Below are positions 20,026 through 31,810 of a DNA stretch of 64,000 bases, piece by piece. Origin of the DNA: Acidimicrobiaceae bacterium. Its GTDB lineage: Bacteria > Actinomycetota > Acidimicrobiia > Acidimicrobiales > Aldehydirespiratoraceae. The stretch covers positions 339 to 64,338 of the forward strand of contig VYCM01000143.1 of the NCBI GenBank assembly GCA_009843915.1, read 5' to 3'. Below the pieces are notes generated by a model that saw only the letters and a list, made by a program, of their open reading frames with translations, ran no database searches and was not told where the DNA came from. Positions within the stretch are counted from its first letter, which is position 1. Every line of letters begins with the position of its first letter. Both the position numbers and the translations under genes were made by a program.

Positions 20026-21086
20026 CCGAGCGGGTTCAGTGACGGGCGATACCCGGCGTCGGTCAGGCTCTGCGCGAACTGCTCCGCCGCGTCGCTGTCG
20101 ACCAGAGCCAGCACCACACCGCGCGCCCCCTCCGCGGAGTGCGCTATCTCAAGGTCGTAGATGTTCACGTCGAGGTCGGCGGCAAGGGTTGTGATCCTGG
20201 CCAGCTCGCCCTTCTGGTCGCGTATGGCGATCCGTACCTCGGTCAGGCGCGAGGGCTCGGGTGCTCCGGTGGACAGGCTCCGACGGCTCTCGCGGGCGGC
20301 CTCCAACCGGGCCAGCAGCTCGGTACGGTCGCCCCTGGAGACGATCAGCCGCATCTCGGCCAGTTCATCGAGCAACTCGTCGAGGACGTCGGTGATGGCG
20401 GCTCGATTCTCGACGCAGATCTCGGGCCAGATGGCGGGGTGGCCCGCGGCCACCCGGGTCATGTCACGGAAGCCGCCGGCCGCGAGCCTCAGCAGAGCGC
20501 GATGCTCATTCGAGCGTCCTTCAGCGATGCGCATCAGCACGGCCGCAGTGAGGTGCGGCACATGGGAGACGACCGCCACCAGGGCGTCATGGCGCTCTGG
20601 CGAGAGCGCGATCGGCTGGGCTCCCAGCTGAGAGACGATCTCGCGCACGTCGGCCAGGGCCGAATCGTTGGTGATCGAGGTGGGGGTGAGCACCCATACC
20701 GCGTTCCGGAACAGGTCGGGATGGGCGCCGTCCAAGCCGTCCTGCTCGCTGCCGGCCATCGGATGGCCGCCCACGAACCGGGGATCGTTCACCGCGCTGC
20801 ACACGGGGGCCTTGACGCTGCCGACATCGGTGACGATGGACGCGCCAGCGTCGAGCAGTTGCTGGGCGACTGGCGCCAGCACTGAGGGTGGAGCGGCCAC
20901 CACGGCGAGGTCGCACGGTCCCGGCTCGCCGATGCAGTCCACCGCGCCCATGGCCACGGCCGAGGCGGCTCGCACGGGGTCGGGCTCGATGCCGGTGACC
21001 TGCCATCCGGCCTTACGGAGAGCCATGCCCACCGAGCCCCCGATAAGTCCCGTGCCGGCGATGACGGCGCTGCGGGTTCGGGCCAT
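20022..21086 (-). CDS. tyrA: Prephenate dehydrogenase with C-terminal ACT domain
   Basis: GTGLIGGS Rossmann motif, TDVGSVK, GGHPMAGSE, SHVPHL, GGFRDMTRVA; D..GEL ACT-like tail. Confidence 0.9.
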   Translation of the reverse strand: MARTRSAVIAGTGLIGGSVGMALRKAGWQVTGIEPDPVRAASAVAMGAVDCIGEPGPCDLAVVAAPPSVLAPVAQQLLDAGASIVTDVGSVKAPVCSAVNDPRFVGGHPMAGSEQDGLDGAHPDLFRNAVWVLTPTSITNDSALADVREIVSQLGAQPIALSPERHDALVAVVSHVPHLTAAVLMRIAEGRSNEHRALLRLAAGGFRDMTRVAAGHPAIWPEICVENRAAITDVLDELLDELAEMRLIVSRGDRTELLARLEAARESRRSLSTGAPEPSRLTEVRIAIRDQKGELARITTLAADLDVNIYDLEIAHSAEGARGVVLALVDSDAAEQFAQSLTDAGYRPSLNPLG

Positions 21087-21097
21087 GGACGGCGATG

Positions 21098-21850
21098 CTA
21101 CCGGTGCGATCCGCCGGCCTCCGTTTCTCCGCTCTTGTTCGCTGCGGCCTGCTCCAGAAGCCTGGTCTCTCCAGGTGTCAGCGACCGCCAGCGGCCCGGA
21201 GCCAGGCGCCGGTCGGCGAGGGGGCCGATCCTGGTCCGCACCAGGCGGCGCACGGGATGGCCCACCGCCTCGCACATCCTGCGGACCAGCCGATTGCGCC
21301 CCTCGTGGACGGTGATTCGCAGCACGTCGGGCGCCACCAGTGCCACCTTGGCCGGTCCGGTCGGACCGTCATCGAGCTCCACACCTTCGCGCAGGGCTCT
21401 CACCGCGGCGGGCTTCGGCTCCCCGGACACATGGGCCAGGTACTCCTTGGCGATGCCGAACGACGGGTGGGCGAGCCTATGGGCGAGGTCCCCGTCGTTG
21501 GTGAGCAACAACAGACCCTCGGTCATCAGATCGAGGCGCCCGACCGGGAAGACGCGGGGCTCGGCCGGCACAAGGTCGGTGACAACGGGCCGGCCTTGCG
21601 GGTCGTGCGCCGTGGTCACCACCCCGGGCGGCTTGTTGAGAAGGTAGTGGACGAGGTCGGGTCGCACACCGACGACCGCGCCGTCGACCTCGACCACTGC
21701 CCGGGTCGCATCGATGCGGGCGCCCAGCCGAGCCACCGCGCCGTCGACTCGCACCCGTCCATCTGAGATCAGGGACTCGCAGGCGCGCCGACTCCCGAAC
21801 CCGCACCGGGCCAGTACCTTCTGCAGTCGCTCACCGTCGGCCGGTGTCAC
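21098..21850 (-). CDS. rluB: Pseudouridine synthase (RsuA/RluB family)
   Basis: ERLQKVLA S4 domain, LNKPPG, VGRLD, EGRNR.VRRM; next to scpB. Confidence 0.88.
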   Translation of the reverse strand: MTPADGERLQKVLARCGFGSRRACESLISDGRVRVDGAVARLGARIDATRAVVEVDGAVVGVRPDLVHYLLNKPPGVVTTAHDPQGRPVVTDLVPAEPRVFPVGRLDLMTEGLLLLTNDGDLAHRLAHPSFGIAKEYLAHVSGEPKPAAVRALREGVELDDGPTGPAKVALVAPDVLRITVHEGRNRLVRRMCEAVGHPVRRLVRTRIGPLADRRLAPGRWRSLTPGETRLLEQAAANKSGETEAGGSHR

Positions 21851-21867
21851 TGGCCGCTGCCGGCAAT

Positions 21868-22491
21868 TCAGTCCGGGTCCGGGTCCGGCCCGTCGGTGTC
21901 GGACACCACCCGCAATCGTCGCTCCATGGCCTCGACCGCAGCGGGGTCCGGGACGAACTCGCCGAGCGGGGGCAACTCGTCGAGGGAGTCGAGGCCGAGG
22001 TGCTCCAGGAACTGGGACGTGGTCCCGTACAGCGCCGCCTGGCCCGGTCCCGGGAGACGGGCGATCTCGTCGATGTAGCCGCGGCGTCGCAGCGTCCGCA
22101 TCACGCCGTCCACGTTCACACCCCGGACCTCGGCGACCTGGTGGCGGGACACCGGCTGCTTGTAGGCCACGACGGCCAGCGTCTCGAGCGCGGCAGCGGA
22201 GAGCCGACCGCCGTGGCCCTCGCGCACGAACCGCTCCACGTAGACGTCCTGGCTGGGCGCGGTCTGGTAGCGGTAGCCGCCGGCCACTCGCGCCAGCACG
22301 AAGCCGCGTCGCTGTGACTCGTACTCGGCCGCGAGCGCATCGCAGGTGGCGAGCACCTGCTCCGTAGAGGCCTGGACCACAGCCGCCAGGACCTGCGGCG
22401 ACAGGGGTTCGTCGGCAAGCAGCAGAACCGCTTCGAGCGCGGCCGCGATCGAAGCGTCAGGCGAGGTCGCGTGGTCCGGAGCGCTGGTCAC
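21868..22491 (-). CDS. scpB: SMC-Scp complex subunit ScpB
   Basis: LEAVLL, LSAAALETLAVVAYKQPVSR..V..RGV, YGTT..FL. Confidence 0.93.
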   Translation of the reverse strand: MTSAPDHATSPDASIAAALEAVLLLADEPLSPQVLAAVVQASTEQVLATCDALAAEYESQRRGFVLARVAGGYRYQTAPSQDVYVERFVREGHGGRLSAAALETLAVVAYKQPVSRHQVAEVRGVNVDGVMRTLRRRGYIDEIARLPGPGQAALYGTTSQFLEHLGLDSLDELPPLGEFVPDPAAVEAMERRLRVVSDTDGPDPDPD

Positions 22492-22499
22492 CGGCGGAC

Positions 22500-23288
22500 T
22501 CAACCGTCGTAGGCGTCCGCGCCGGCCATCGCGGCCTGGCGAACACCGGCATCGTCGCCCCCGGTCCACGAAATGACGATGTCTCCGAACGTGGTGGCCT
22601 GCTGCACGTCGGCCAGTCCCTGCTTGATCAGCTCGAGCACCGCCAGGAACCGCACGACCAGTTCGAGACGATCGTCGATGCCGGTGGTGAGCCGCCGGAA
22701 GGTGGCCTGCCCCGAATTGGTCAGCTCCCCGATCAACTCGGCGACGGCGTCGCCCACGGTCAGCGAGATCGGCGTGATGTGGGTCGTGTCGACCCGCGGC
22801 GCGGCACGGGGGGCCGAGGCTCGCAGGTAGGCGGTGCGGAGGTCGGTGGGAGACACTCCTTCCAACACGGCTGGAGCCAGCATGAGCCAGCGGTCCTCGG
22901 TTATGCCCATTGCGCGGGGGTGACTGCGGGCCGCCGCCTCGAACAGCCGGCGTAGCGTCTGGGACGCATCCCGGAACGTGCTGCACTCCAGGAGGCGGGC
23001 CAGCAGCAGATCCCGCTCCGAGATCGCTTCCAGCTCGTCGTCAAGGTCCACCGCAGCCTCAGTGGGCAGCAGACGCTTGACCTTCATGTCGACCAGGGTC
23101 GCGGCCAGCAGCAGGAACTCGGTGGCTACCTCCAGGTCGCAGTCGGACATCCGCTCGATCTCGGCCAGGAAGGCGTCGGTGATCCGGGCGATGGGAATGT
23201 CGTAGATCTCCACCTGCTCACGGAGGATGAGCTGTAGCAGCACTTCGAACGGCCCGCTGTAGGCGGGCGTGGACACCACATAGGACAT
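22500..23288 (-). CDS. scpA: Segregation and condensation protein ScpA
   Basis: GPFEVLLQLI, EFLLLAATL..K...LLP, FLAVLEL. Confidence 0.92.
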   Translation of the reverse strand: MSYVVSTPAYSGPFEVLLQLILREQVEIYDIPIARITDAFLAEIERMSDCDLEVATEFLLLAATLVDMKVKRLLPTEAAVDLDDELEAISERDLLLARLLECSTFRDASQTLRRLFEAAARSHPRAMGITEDRWLMLAPAVLEGVSPTDLRTAYLRASAPRAAPRVDTTHITPISLTVGDAVAELIGELTNSGQATFRRLTTGIDDRLELVVRFLAVLELIKQGLADVQQATTFGDIVISWTGGDDAGVRQAAMAGADAYDG

Positions 23289-23322
23289 CAGCTGTGAGAT
23301 TACTCCCCTACGCTGGCGGTCC

Positions 23323-24303
23323 ATGACCAGGGTCCTGTCCGGCATCCAGCCCAGCGGTGATCTGCACTTGGGCAACTACCTGGGGGCGATCCGCAACTGG
23401 GCGAGAATCCAGCACACCGCCGACGCCTTCCACCCTGTGGTGGATCTCCACGCCGTGACCGTGCCTCAACAGCCCGGCGAGCTGGGGAGGGCGACGCTGC
23501 GGATGTCGCAGATGCTGATGGCCGCAGGGCTCGACCCGGAGGTCTGCACGATCTTCGTGCAGAGCCATGTGCGCGAGCACACCGAGTGTGCCTGGCTGCT
23601 GGAGTGCACGGTGTCATTCGGCGAGCTGAGCCGGATGACGCAGTTCAAGGACAAGTCGGGCCAGCAGCAGTTCATCTCGGCCGGGCTGTTCACCTACCCC
23701 GCGCTCCAGGCGGCCGACATCCTGCTGTACGACGCCGACGAAGTGCCGGTGGGTGCCGATCAGCGCCAGCACATCGAGCTCACCCGTGACATCGCCGAGC
23801 GGTTCAACTCCCGCTACGGCGAGACCTTCAAGCTGCCGGCCGCGGTGGTTTCGGCGGCCGGGGCCCGGGTGATGGACCTGCAGAGCCCGACCAACAAGAT
23901 GTCCAAGTCGTTGGATTCACCGCGGGGCACCGTGGACATCCTCGACGACCCGTCGGTCATCACCCGCAAGATCAAGTCGGCCGTCACCGACAGCGAGGCC
24001 GAGGTGCGCTTCGACGTCCAGACCAAACCGGGAGTGTCGAACCTGTTGTCGATACTGGGGGCGGCCACCGGCCGCACGCCGGAGGAGGCCGCCGGGGACT
24101 ACACGATGTACGGGCCGCTCAAGGCCGACACCGCCGACGCGGTGGTCGAGTTGCTGCGACCCATACAGGCCCGCTTCGCCGAACTGGAGGCCGACCCGGC
24201 CGAGACGTCGCGACTGCTGCAGATCGGCGCCGACAAGGCCCGAGCCATCGCAGCCGTCACCCTCGAACGGGCCCGCTCCAACATCGGCCTGCTGGCTCCT
24301 TAA
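23323..24303 (+). CDS. trpS: Tryptophan--tRNA ligase
   Basis: SGIQPSG.LHLGNYLG, YPALQAADILLY, VPVGADQ.QH, KMSKS. Confidence 0.97.
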   Translation: MTRVLSGIQPSGDLHLGNYLGAIRNWARIQHTADAFHPVVDLHAVTVPQQPGELGRATLRMSQMLMAAGLDPEVCTIFVQSHVREHTECAWLLECTVSFGELSRMTQFKDKSGQQQFISAGLFTYPALQAADILLYDADEVPVGADQRQHIELTRDIAERFNSRYGETFKLPAAVVSAAGARVMDLQSPTNKMSKSLDSPRGTVDILDDPSVITRKIKSAVTDSEAEVRFDVQTKPGVSNLLSILGAATGRTPEEAAGDYTMYGPLKADTADAVVELLRPIQARFAELEADPAETSRLLQIGADKARAIAAVTLERARSNIGLLAP

Positions 24304-25259
24304 CTCGCCGCCACCGCTCGGGGGTGGGCGGCCCGGTAGACCGCCCTGAGGCGCTCGGTCGACACCCGGGTGTAGATCTGGGTGGTGGAGATGGAGGCGT
24401 GGCCGAGCATCTCCTGCACGATGCGTATGTCGGCGCCGCCGTCGAGCATGTGGGTGGCGCAGGAATGGCGCAACACGTGGGGAGTGAGCAACGAGCCGAT
24501 CCGGGCTGCGTCTCCGTGACGGCGCACGATGAGCCACAGTCCCTGGCGGCCGAGGCGCCCGCCCCGCTGGTTGAGGAACACCGCCTCGGCGTCGCCGCGG
24601 CGGGCCCAGCGAGCCGGTTCCAGCGCACCGCGCCCCGTCGGCGCCAGCCACCGTTCCAGCGCCTCCGCGGCGCACCGGCCCAGTGGCACTATGCGCTCCT
24701 TGGCACCCTTGCCGGTGAGCCGCACCAGGCCGTCGTGGAGGTCCACGTCGGGAAGCGACAGCGACCCGGCCTCCGAGATCCGGCAGCCGGTGCCGTACAG
24801 CAGCTCCAGCACGGCCCGATCGCGGCGGGCGGGCGGATCGTCGCCAACGACGGAAGCCATCAGGGAGGCGACCTGGGCGACCGACAGGGCCTTGGGCAGT
24901 CCCCGGGGCAGGCTCGGGATCTCGACGTCGACGGTCGGGTCGTCGTCTCGATGACCTTCAGCGGCCAGGAAACGGTGCAGTCCCCTCACCGAGACGAGCA
25001 TCCGGGTAACTGAGGCCGGGGCCAGCCCGCCGCGCTGCAGGGCGCGGACGAATGCGATCACGTCGCCGGTCCCGACGTCGTCGAGGCTGCACTCTCGGGC
25101 CGCGACATGACCTGCGTAGCGCAACAGGTCGCGGCGGTAGGCCTCGACGGTGCGGGGCGACCGGCCCCGCTCCACCGCCAGCCACGCCAGGAACTCCTCG
25201 GCTCTGACGTCGAGAACTGCCTCGGACGGCGGCGCCGGCGGCGAGGCAGTGGCGCTCAT
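24300..25259 (-). CDS. xerD: Tyrosine recombinase XerD
   Basis: RDRA.LELLYGTG.RISE, GKG.KER.VP, HVLRHS.ATH, LGHASISTTQIY; conserved position after pyrG-NUDIX. Confidence 0.92.
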   Translation of the reverse strand: MSATASPPAPPSEAVLDVRAEEFLAWLAVERGRSPRTVEAYRRDLLRYAGHVAARECSLDDVGTGDVIAFVRALQRGGLAPASVTRMLVSVRGLHRFLAAEGHRDDDPTVDVEIPSLPRGLPKALSVAQVASLMASVVGDDPPARRDRAVLELLYGTGCRISEAGSLSLPDVDLHDGLVRLTGKGAKERIVPLGRCAAEALERWLAPTGRGALEPARWARRGDAEAVFLNQRGGRLGRQGLWLIVRRHGDAARIGSLLTPHVLRHSCATHMLDGGADIRIVQEMLGHASISTTQIYTRVSTERLRAVYRAAHPRAVAAS

Positions 25260-25819
25260 CGCCTGAGCCGGCGCAACGCCAGGAGCACGCCGATGATGGT
25301 CTTGGCGTCGCGGATCTCGCCCCGGTCGATCATGGCCTCGGCCTCATCCAGGCTGACGCGCTCGATGGTCATCCACTCCTCCTCGGCCCCGTCGGGCGCA
25401 CGGGGCACGGGGCGAAGCCCGGTGGCCAGGAAGACGTGGGACAGCTCGTCGCAAAAGCCGGGCGAGTTGAAGAAGGTCCCCAACTCCTCCAGCGAGTCGC
25501 AGGCCAGACCGGCCTCCTCAGCCAGCTCGCGGCGGGCCGTGCCTGCAGGATCCTCCCCGCCCACGTCGCGGGTACCAGCCGGGATCTCGAGCAGTTCGCT
25601 CTCCACCGGCGTGCGGTACTGCCGCAACAGCACGACCTCGTCGCCGTCCACAGCCACCACCACCACCGCGCCGCGGTGGTGCACCACGTCCCTCGTCATG
25701 CGGCCGCCGTCGGGGGTAGTGAAGACGCTTTCGGTCAGGCGCACGACCCGGCCGGCGTGGATCTCGCGCTCGCTTACCTTCCGAAAACCGCCGCTCGGCT
25801 CCCCGGACACCGTGGTCAC
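25256..25819 (-). CDS. NUDIX hydrolase (ADP-ribose pyrophosphatase-like)
   Basis: QYR.P...LEIPAG..D..GE.P...ARRELAEEAG Nudix box; DAKT. Confidence 0.9.
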   Translation of the reverse strand: MTTVSGEPSGGFRKVSEREIHAGRVVRLTESVFTTPDGGRMTRDVVHHRGAVVVVAVDGDEVVLLRQYRTPVESELLEIPAGTRDVGGEDPAGTARRELAEEAGLACDSLEELGTFFNSPGFCDELSHVFLATGLRPVPRAPDGAEEEWMTIERVSLDEAEAMIDRGEIRDAKTIIGVLLALRRLRR

Positions 25820-25848
25820 GCCGGAGCCGACGGCTCCGCGACGTGATG

Positions 25849-25897
25849 CCCGCTCCTGTTCGCTGCGCTCACGGGCCGCTCAGGCCACGGCCTCGCT
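25849..25897 (-). repeat. Interspersed repeat family B, copy 1
   Basis: Reverse complement matches 61847-61895 at 47/49 positions. Confidence 0.88.
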
Positions 25898-25916
25898 GAG
25901 CGCACCACCAGAATCC

Positions 25917-27590
<1,674 letters not shown>

Positions 27591-27638
27591 CTACCGCGAT
27601 CAACAGGGAACCCGGCGGACGCTCCATCCCGACCGATG

Positions 27639-28496
27639 TCAGCGGTCATTGAGCCCGAACTTCGTCTTGAGCACCTGATGGAATTTGCGAGTCCCGAAGG
27701 TCACCAGACGAGCCGGGTTCCGCGACGCGGAGCAGACCACCTCGTCGTGCTGATTCAGTTCCGCCAGCCGGCGGCCGTCCACCGACAGCACCGCACCCCG
27801 ATCCGAGAGGACCTCAAGTTGCAGTTGCGTCTCGGGCGCAACCATCACGGACCGGTCGAAGAGCATGTGGGGCGAGACCGGTGTGAGCAGCAGGGCCCGA
27901 TGGGTGGGATCGATGACGGGTCCCCCGGCGGACAGCGAGTACGCGGTGGACCCGGTCGGCGTGGACACGATGAGGCCGTCGGCCGCGTAGGTGGTGAACT
28001 GCTCGCCATTGAACGACACGCCCAGACGCAGGGCATAGGAGGCCGCGGGCCGTTCCACCACAGCCTCGTTCAGCGCGACTCTCCGCTGCCGTCCCTGCCC
28101 GCCGCCGGCATTGAACTCCACAGTGAGCAGCATCCGCTCGGAGACACGGTGATCGCCGGCCAACACCCGCTCGATGGCGGAGTGAGCGTCGGCCGGCGCC
28201 ACTTCGGTGAGGTAGGCCATCCGGCCGAAGTTGACGCCGAGTATCGGAACGCCCGACTCGCCGACGAGTTCGACGGCGCGCAGGATCGAACCGTCGCCGC
28301 CGAGGGTCACCACCGCGTCCAGGCCCGCCGCGAACTTTGCCCGATCAACCTGTAGGTCGGGACAGGAAGTCGCGGCCGCTTCCTCGGGAGGCATACAGGC
28401 CTGATGACCCTGCGAGGCGAGCCACACGGAGAGATCACGGGCTGCTGCGGCGGCCTCCGGACGGCCCTGGTGAACGATCAGACCGATGACCGCCAT
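27639..28496 (-). CDS. nadK: NAD kinase
   Basis: LGGDGSIL, LNE, ADGLIVSTPTGSTAYSLSAGGP. Confidence 0.95.
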   Translation of the reverse strand: MAVIGLIVHQGRPEAAAAARDLSVWLASQGHQACMPPEEAAATSCPDLQVDRAKFAAGLDAVVTLGGDGSILRAVELVGESGVPILGVNFGRMAYLTEVAPADAHSAIERVLAGDHRVSERMLLTVEFNAGGGQGRQRRVALNEAVVERPAASYALRLGVSFNGEQFTTYAADGLIVSTPTGSTAYSLSAGGPVIDPTHRALLLTPVSPHMLFDRSVMVAPETQLQLEVLSDRGAVLSVDGRRLAELNQHDEVVCSASRNPARLVTFGTRKFHQVLKTKFGLNDR

Positions 28497-28501
28497 CGAT
28501 C

Positions 28502-29317
28502 TCAGACCCCTGCAACCCGGACCGCGTCGGCTACGGCCTGATCAACGGCAACGTCGAGCCCTTCCAGACCATCGGCGCCAGGGCGCACATCGGCGTGCAG
28601 CAGGAACTCCACATTGCCCTCGGCGCCGGTCAGAGGCGAGACCATGACCCCCATGATGGCGGCTCCGGCGCCAACAACGGCGCGGCACGCTCCGAGCAGC
28701 GCCCGTCGCCACACTTCCGGATCCCGGATCACGCCGCGGCCCCGGTCGGCGTCGGCCCGGCCTGCCTCGAACTGGGGCTTCACCAACACGACGATGTCGG
28801 CGGTTGCCAGCCGGCAGAGATCAGCCATCACCAGGCGCAGAGAGATGAACGAGACGTCGGCCACGACGAGCTCGGCAGGCCCGCCGATGGCATCCTCGGC
28901 GACGTCGCGCACATCGGTGCGCTCGAACGAGGCCACCCTCGCGTCGGCCCGCAGGCGCTCGTGCAGTTGGTTGCGGCCCACATCGATGGCTGCCACGGCT
29001 GCGGCACCATGCTGCAGCAGGCAATCGGTGAAGCCCCCGGTCGACGCGCCCACGTCGATGGCCCGGCACCCGGTCGCGGCGATGCCGAATCCGGCCAGCG
29101 CGGCTTCGAGCTTGTGCCCGCCCCGGGACACGTAGCGGGGCGGGTCGCCCTTCACCACCACCGGCTCGGCCGGGTCGACCAGGCGCGACGCTTTGGCCGC
29201 CACCGATCCGCCCACCGTCACCCGCCGCTCCTCGACGAGCCGCTGGGCCTCGGTGCGGCTGCCGGCCAGGCCGCGGCGCACCATCTCGATGTCGAGGCGC
29301 CGGCGCCTGGGTGTCAC
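28502..29317 (-). CDS. tlyA: TlyA family rRNA 2'-O-methyltransferase
   Basis: RLD S4 domain, YVSRGGHKL, DVGASTGGFTD, DVSFISL, KPQFE, GNVEFL. Confidence 0.95.
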   Translation of the reverse strand: MTPRRRRLDIEMVRRGLAGSRTEAQRLVEERRVTVGGSVAAKASRLVDPAEPVVVKGDPPRYVSRGGHKLEAALAGFGIAATGCRAIDVGASTGGFTDCLLQHGAAAVAAIDVGRNQLHERLRADARVASFERTDVRDVAEDAIGGPAELVVADVSFISLRLVMADLCRLATADIVVLVKPQFEAGRADADRGRGVIRDPEVWRRALLGACRAVVGAGAAIMGVMVSPLTGAEGNVEFLLHADVRPGADGLEGLDVAVDQAVADAVRVAGV

Positions 29318-29329
29318 GAGTACGGCTGC

Positions 29330-30160
29330 TCAGCCCGCGATGCGGGACTGACGATCCAGCCACCCAAGAGTGAAGGCGTTCCACTCGGCCACCATCTCGT
29401 GGAAGGCGATGTGGCTGGAGTGAGGGCCTCGGAAGACGTGCATCGTCGAGCCCTCGATCGCCCGCTGCACTTCGAGCCCGTAGCGGGTCGGCACCTGCCA
29501 ATCCACCTCTCCCGAGGTGATGAGGGTGGGTACCTCGATTGAGCCGAGGCGGTCGAGCGTGTCGTGGGTCTTGTCGGCGTGGAAGTGGCCGAGCATCCCG
29601 GCCTTGGAAGGCGGATGCGGGTTCTCGAGGATGAAGCCCCGCTCGAAGGCCTCCACATCGGCCGGCTGGTCGTTGATGAACGTCGGGCTGGCCACCCACA
29701 GCAGGGCGGTCCGGATGTACCCGGCGGGATCGTCGTGGAGGATGTAGGTCTCGTTGGTGTCGATCATCCGGATGAACCACTCGTCGGAGCGGCCCCAGGT
29801 GCAGTGCAGTTGCAGGGTGGCCACCAGGCCGGGGTGGTTGATCGCGAGTTCCTGGGCGGTGGCCGACCCGAGGGACAGGCCCGAGACGTGGGCCCGCTCC
29901 ACCCCGAGGCTGTCGCAGAGCGCGGCCGCGTCGTCGGCCAGGATGCGCATCGAGTATTCGCTGATATCGGCCGGGTGGGTGGACCGTCCAGTCCCCCGGG
30001 CGTCGTAGGTGATGACCGTGTAGCGGTGCCGGTAGGCCTCCACCTGGGCGGCCCAGGTGGTGTGATCGGCGGCCGTGCCCATGATGAGCAGCAGGGGGTC
30101 TCCGGTTCCCTCGACCTGGTAGTACATCTCTATCCCGGTGGGCAGGTTGACGAAGGGCAT
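29330..30160 (-). CDS. Alpha/beta hydrolase
   Basis: YDARGTGRS, GLSLG nucleophile elbow, Asp in EVD, C-terminal His (SHIAF). Confidence 0.85.
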   Translation of the reverse strand: MPFVNLPTGIEMYYQVEGTGDPLLLIMGTAADHTTWAAQVEAYRHRYTVITYDARGTGRSTHPADISEYSMRILADDAAALCDSLGVERAHVSGLSLGSATAQELAINHPGLVATLQLHCTWGRSDEWFIRMIDTNETYILHDDPAGYIRTALLWVASPTFINDQPADVEAFERGFILENPHPPSKAGMLGHFHADKTHDTLDRLGSIEVPTLITSGEVDWQVPTRYGLEVQRAIEGSTMHVFRGPHSSHIAFHEMVAEWNAFTLGWLDRQSRIAG

Positions 30161-30185
30161 CGATGACGTCCTTTCTGGCCTTGGC

Positions 30186-31580
30186 TCAGCCTGACGCGTG
30201 GATGGGCGGCCGCCGGGCCCGGGTGCCCGCGGCCGCTTCGAAACAGGCGCCGACCCTCAGTGCAGTCTCCTCGTCGAACGGCCCGGCCGCGATCTGCAGT
30301 CCGATGGGCAGACCGTCACGGTCGAAGCCGGCCGGCACCGACAGGGCGGGCAGGCCGGACAGGTTGAACGGGCCCGTGGTGCGCACGTAGGCCAACGTCA
30401 CCGGCTCGGCGGAGTCCCCGAACCGGAAGTCGTCGGCATCCTTGGGCGCGGCGGTGGCCGGGAGGGTCGGCGTGATCAGCGCGTCGAGCCGGTTGCGGAC
30501 GAAAGCCCTCCGCAGGGCCTCGGCGATGGCTCGGCGGGCCTCCAGCGCCTTGAAGTAGTGCTCGGGCTCCAGCATCAGGCCCGCCACCAGCAGGGTGCGG
30601 ATGCCGGGGTCGATCTGGTCGGGTCGGCTGCGCACCAGTTCCCGGTGGTACGCGCCGGCCTCGGGGGCGACGATCCCGAACTCCGCGGCCAGGCCATGCT
30701 CCAGTTCGGCAACCTCCACGCCGACCATGGCCGCACCCTGGCCGCCGAGCAGGTCGGCGGAGGCCGCGAAAGTCTCCGCCACGTCGGGTTGCATGGGTTC
30801 GAGCGGGGCACCGCCGAGCACGCCGATCCGCAGCCCATCGACACCCCGGTCCAGGCCGCTGGAGTACTGGGGCACCGGCCTCGACGAGGCCGAGGGATCC
30901 AAGGGGTCGGGCCCGGCGAGGACCTCCAGGCTGGCGGCGCAACCTTCGACGGTGGAGGTCAGGGGGCCGAGGTGGTCGAGCGACCACGCCAGCGCGGCCA
31001 CGCCGGCCCGGGACACCCGCCCGTAGGTGGCCTTCAGCCCCACCGTTCCGCACAGCGAGGCAGGGATGCGGATCGAGCCACCGGTGTCGCTGCCGATGGC
31101 CATGGGCACGATCCCGGCCGCGACCGCGGCACCCGAGCCGCCGCTGGACCCGCCGGGAATCCGACTCAGGTCCCAGGGATTGGAGACCGGCGGGCTGTAG
31201 ACCCCGCAGGCGAGCTCGTGGGTGGTCGTCTTGCCCACGATCACGGCGCCGCCTCGGCGGAGGCGGCGCACCAGCGTGGCGTCGGCCGCGGCGGGGGTCG
31301 CCGGGTAGGCGGGCGAGCCGCATCTCGTGGGCATGCCGGCCGCGTCGACTATGTCCTTGATCGCCACCGGCACGCCCATAAGGGGCCCGAGGTCTCGTCC
31401 GGCCGCGATCGCCTCGTCGGCGGCGTCGGCCGCTTCGAGGGCGCCATCAGGATCCAGGACGACGAAGGCGGCCAGGTCGCCGTCGAGTGCCGCCGCGGCA
31501 GCCAGGCTTGCCTCGGTGAACTCACGGCTGGTCGTGCGGCCCGAGCGCAGCGACCTGCCAGCCTCACCGATGTCGGTCAC
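30186..31580 (-). CDS. Amidase signature family enzyme
   Basis: [23 protein letters not shown] catalytic-triad motifs. Confidence 0.92.
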   Translation of the reverse strand: MTDIGEAGRSLRSGRTTSREFTEASLAAAAALDGDLAAFVVLDPDGALEAADAADEAIAAGRDLGPLMGVPVAIKDIVDAAGMPTRCGSPAYPATPAAADATLVRRLRRGGAVIVGKTTTHELACGVYSPPVSNPWDLSRIPGGSSGGSGAAVAAGIVPMAIGSDTGGSIRIPASLCGTVGLKATYGRVSRAGVAALAWSLDHLGPLTSTVEGCAASLEVLAGPDPLDPSASSRPVPQYSSGLDRGVDGLRIGVLGGAPLEPMQPDVAETFAASADLLGGQGAAMVGVEVAELEHGLAAEFGIVAPEAGAYHRELVRSRPDQIDPGIRTLLVAGLMLEPEHYFKALEARRAIAEALRRAFVRNRLDALITPTLPATAAPKDADDFRFGDSAEPVTLAYVRTTGPFNLSGLPALSVPAGFDRDGLPIGLQIAAGPFDEETALRVGACFEAAAGTRARRPPIHASG

Positions 31581-31594
31581 TGCCCGTTCCGGGG

Positions 31595-31810
31595 TTACTC
31601 GGTATCGCCCGTCGGCCAGCTCGGGTCGAAGGCGGTGGGATCCAGCCCACCGCTCTCCGACAGCAACGCATCCAGGCTCTCACTCTGCGCGATCCGCTCG
31701 GCCAGGTCGGCATGCGTGGCCGCCGCGTCGAACACCTCGTGGTCGAGACCGAGTTCTCGCATCCGGGCCGCAGTTTGCTCGACCGGATCGCCGGGGGCGG
31801 CGTCACCCAC
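31595..31810 (-). CDS. Small acidic hypothetical protein, possible amidase partner subunit
   Basis: 71-aa ORF overlapping the Rid gene end, directly upstream of the amidase; ends DPTAFDPSW. Confidence 0.55.
   Translation of the reverse strand: MGDAAPGDPVEQTAARMRELGLDHEVFDAAATHADLAERIAQSESLDALLSESGGLDPTAFDPSWPTGDTE

Noticed and set aside
24300-25259. Tyrosine recombinase as a mobile-element integrase
   Set aside because: Sequence and pyrG-NUDIX-xerD-scpAB context identify housekeeping XerD.
29416-29426. TGGAGTGAGGG resembling the tRNA-Ala 3' end as an att site
   Set aside because: Short, gapped match inside an intact CDS; consistent with chance.
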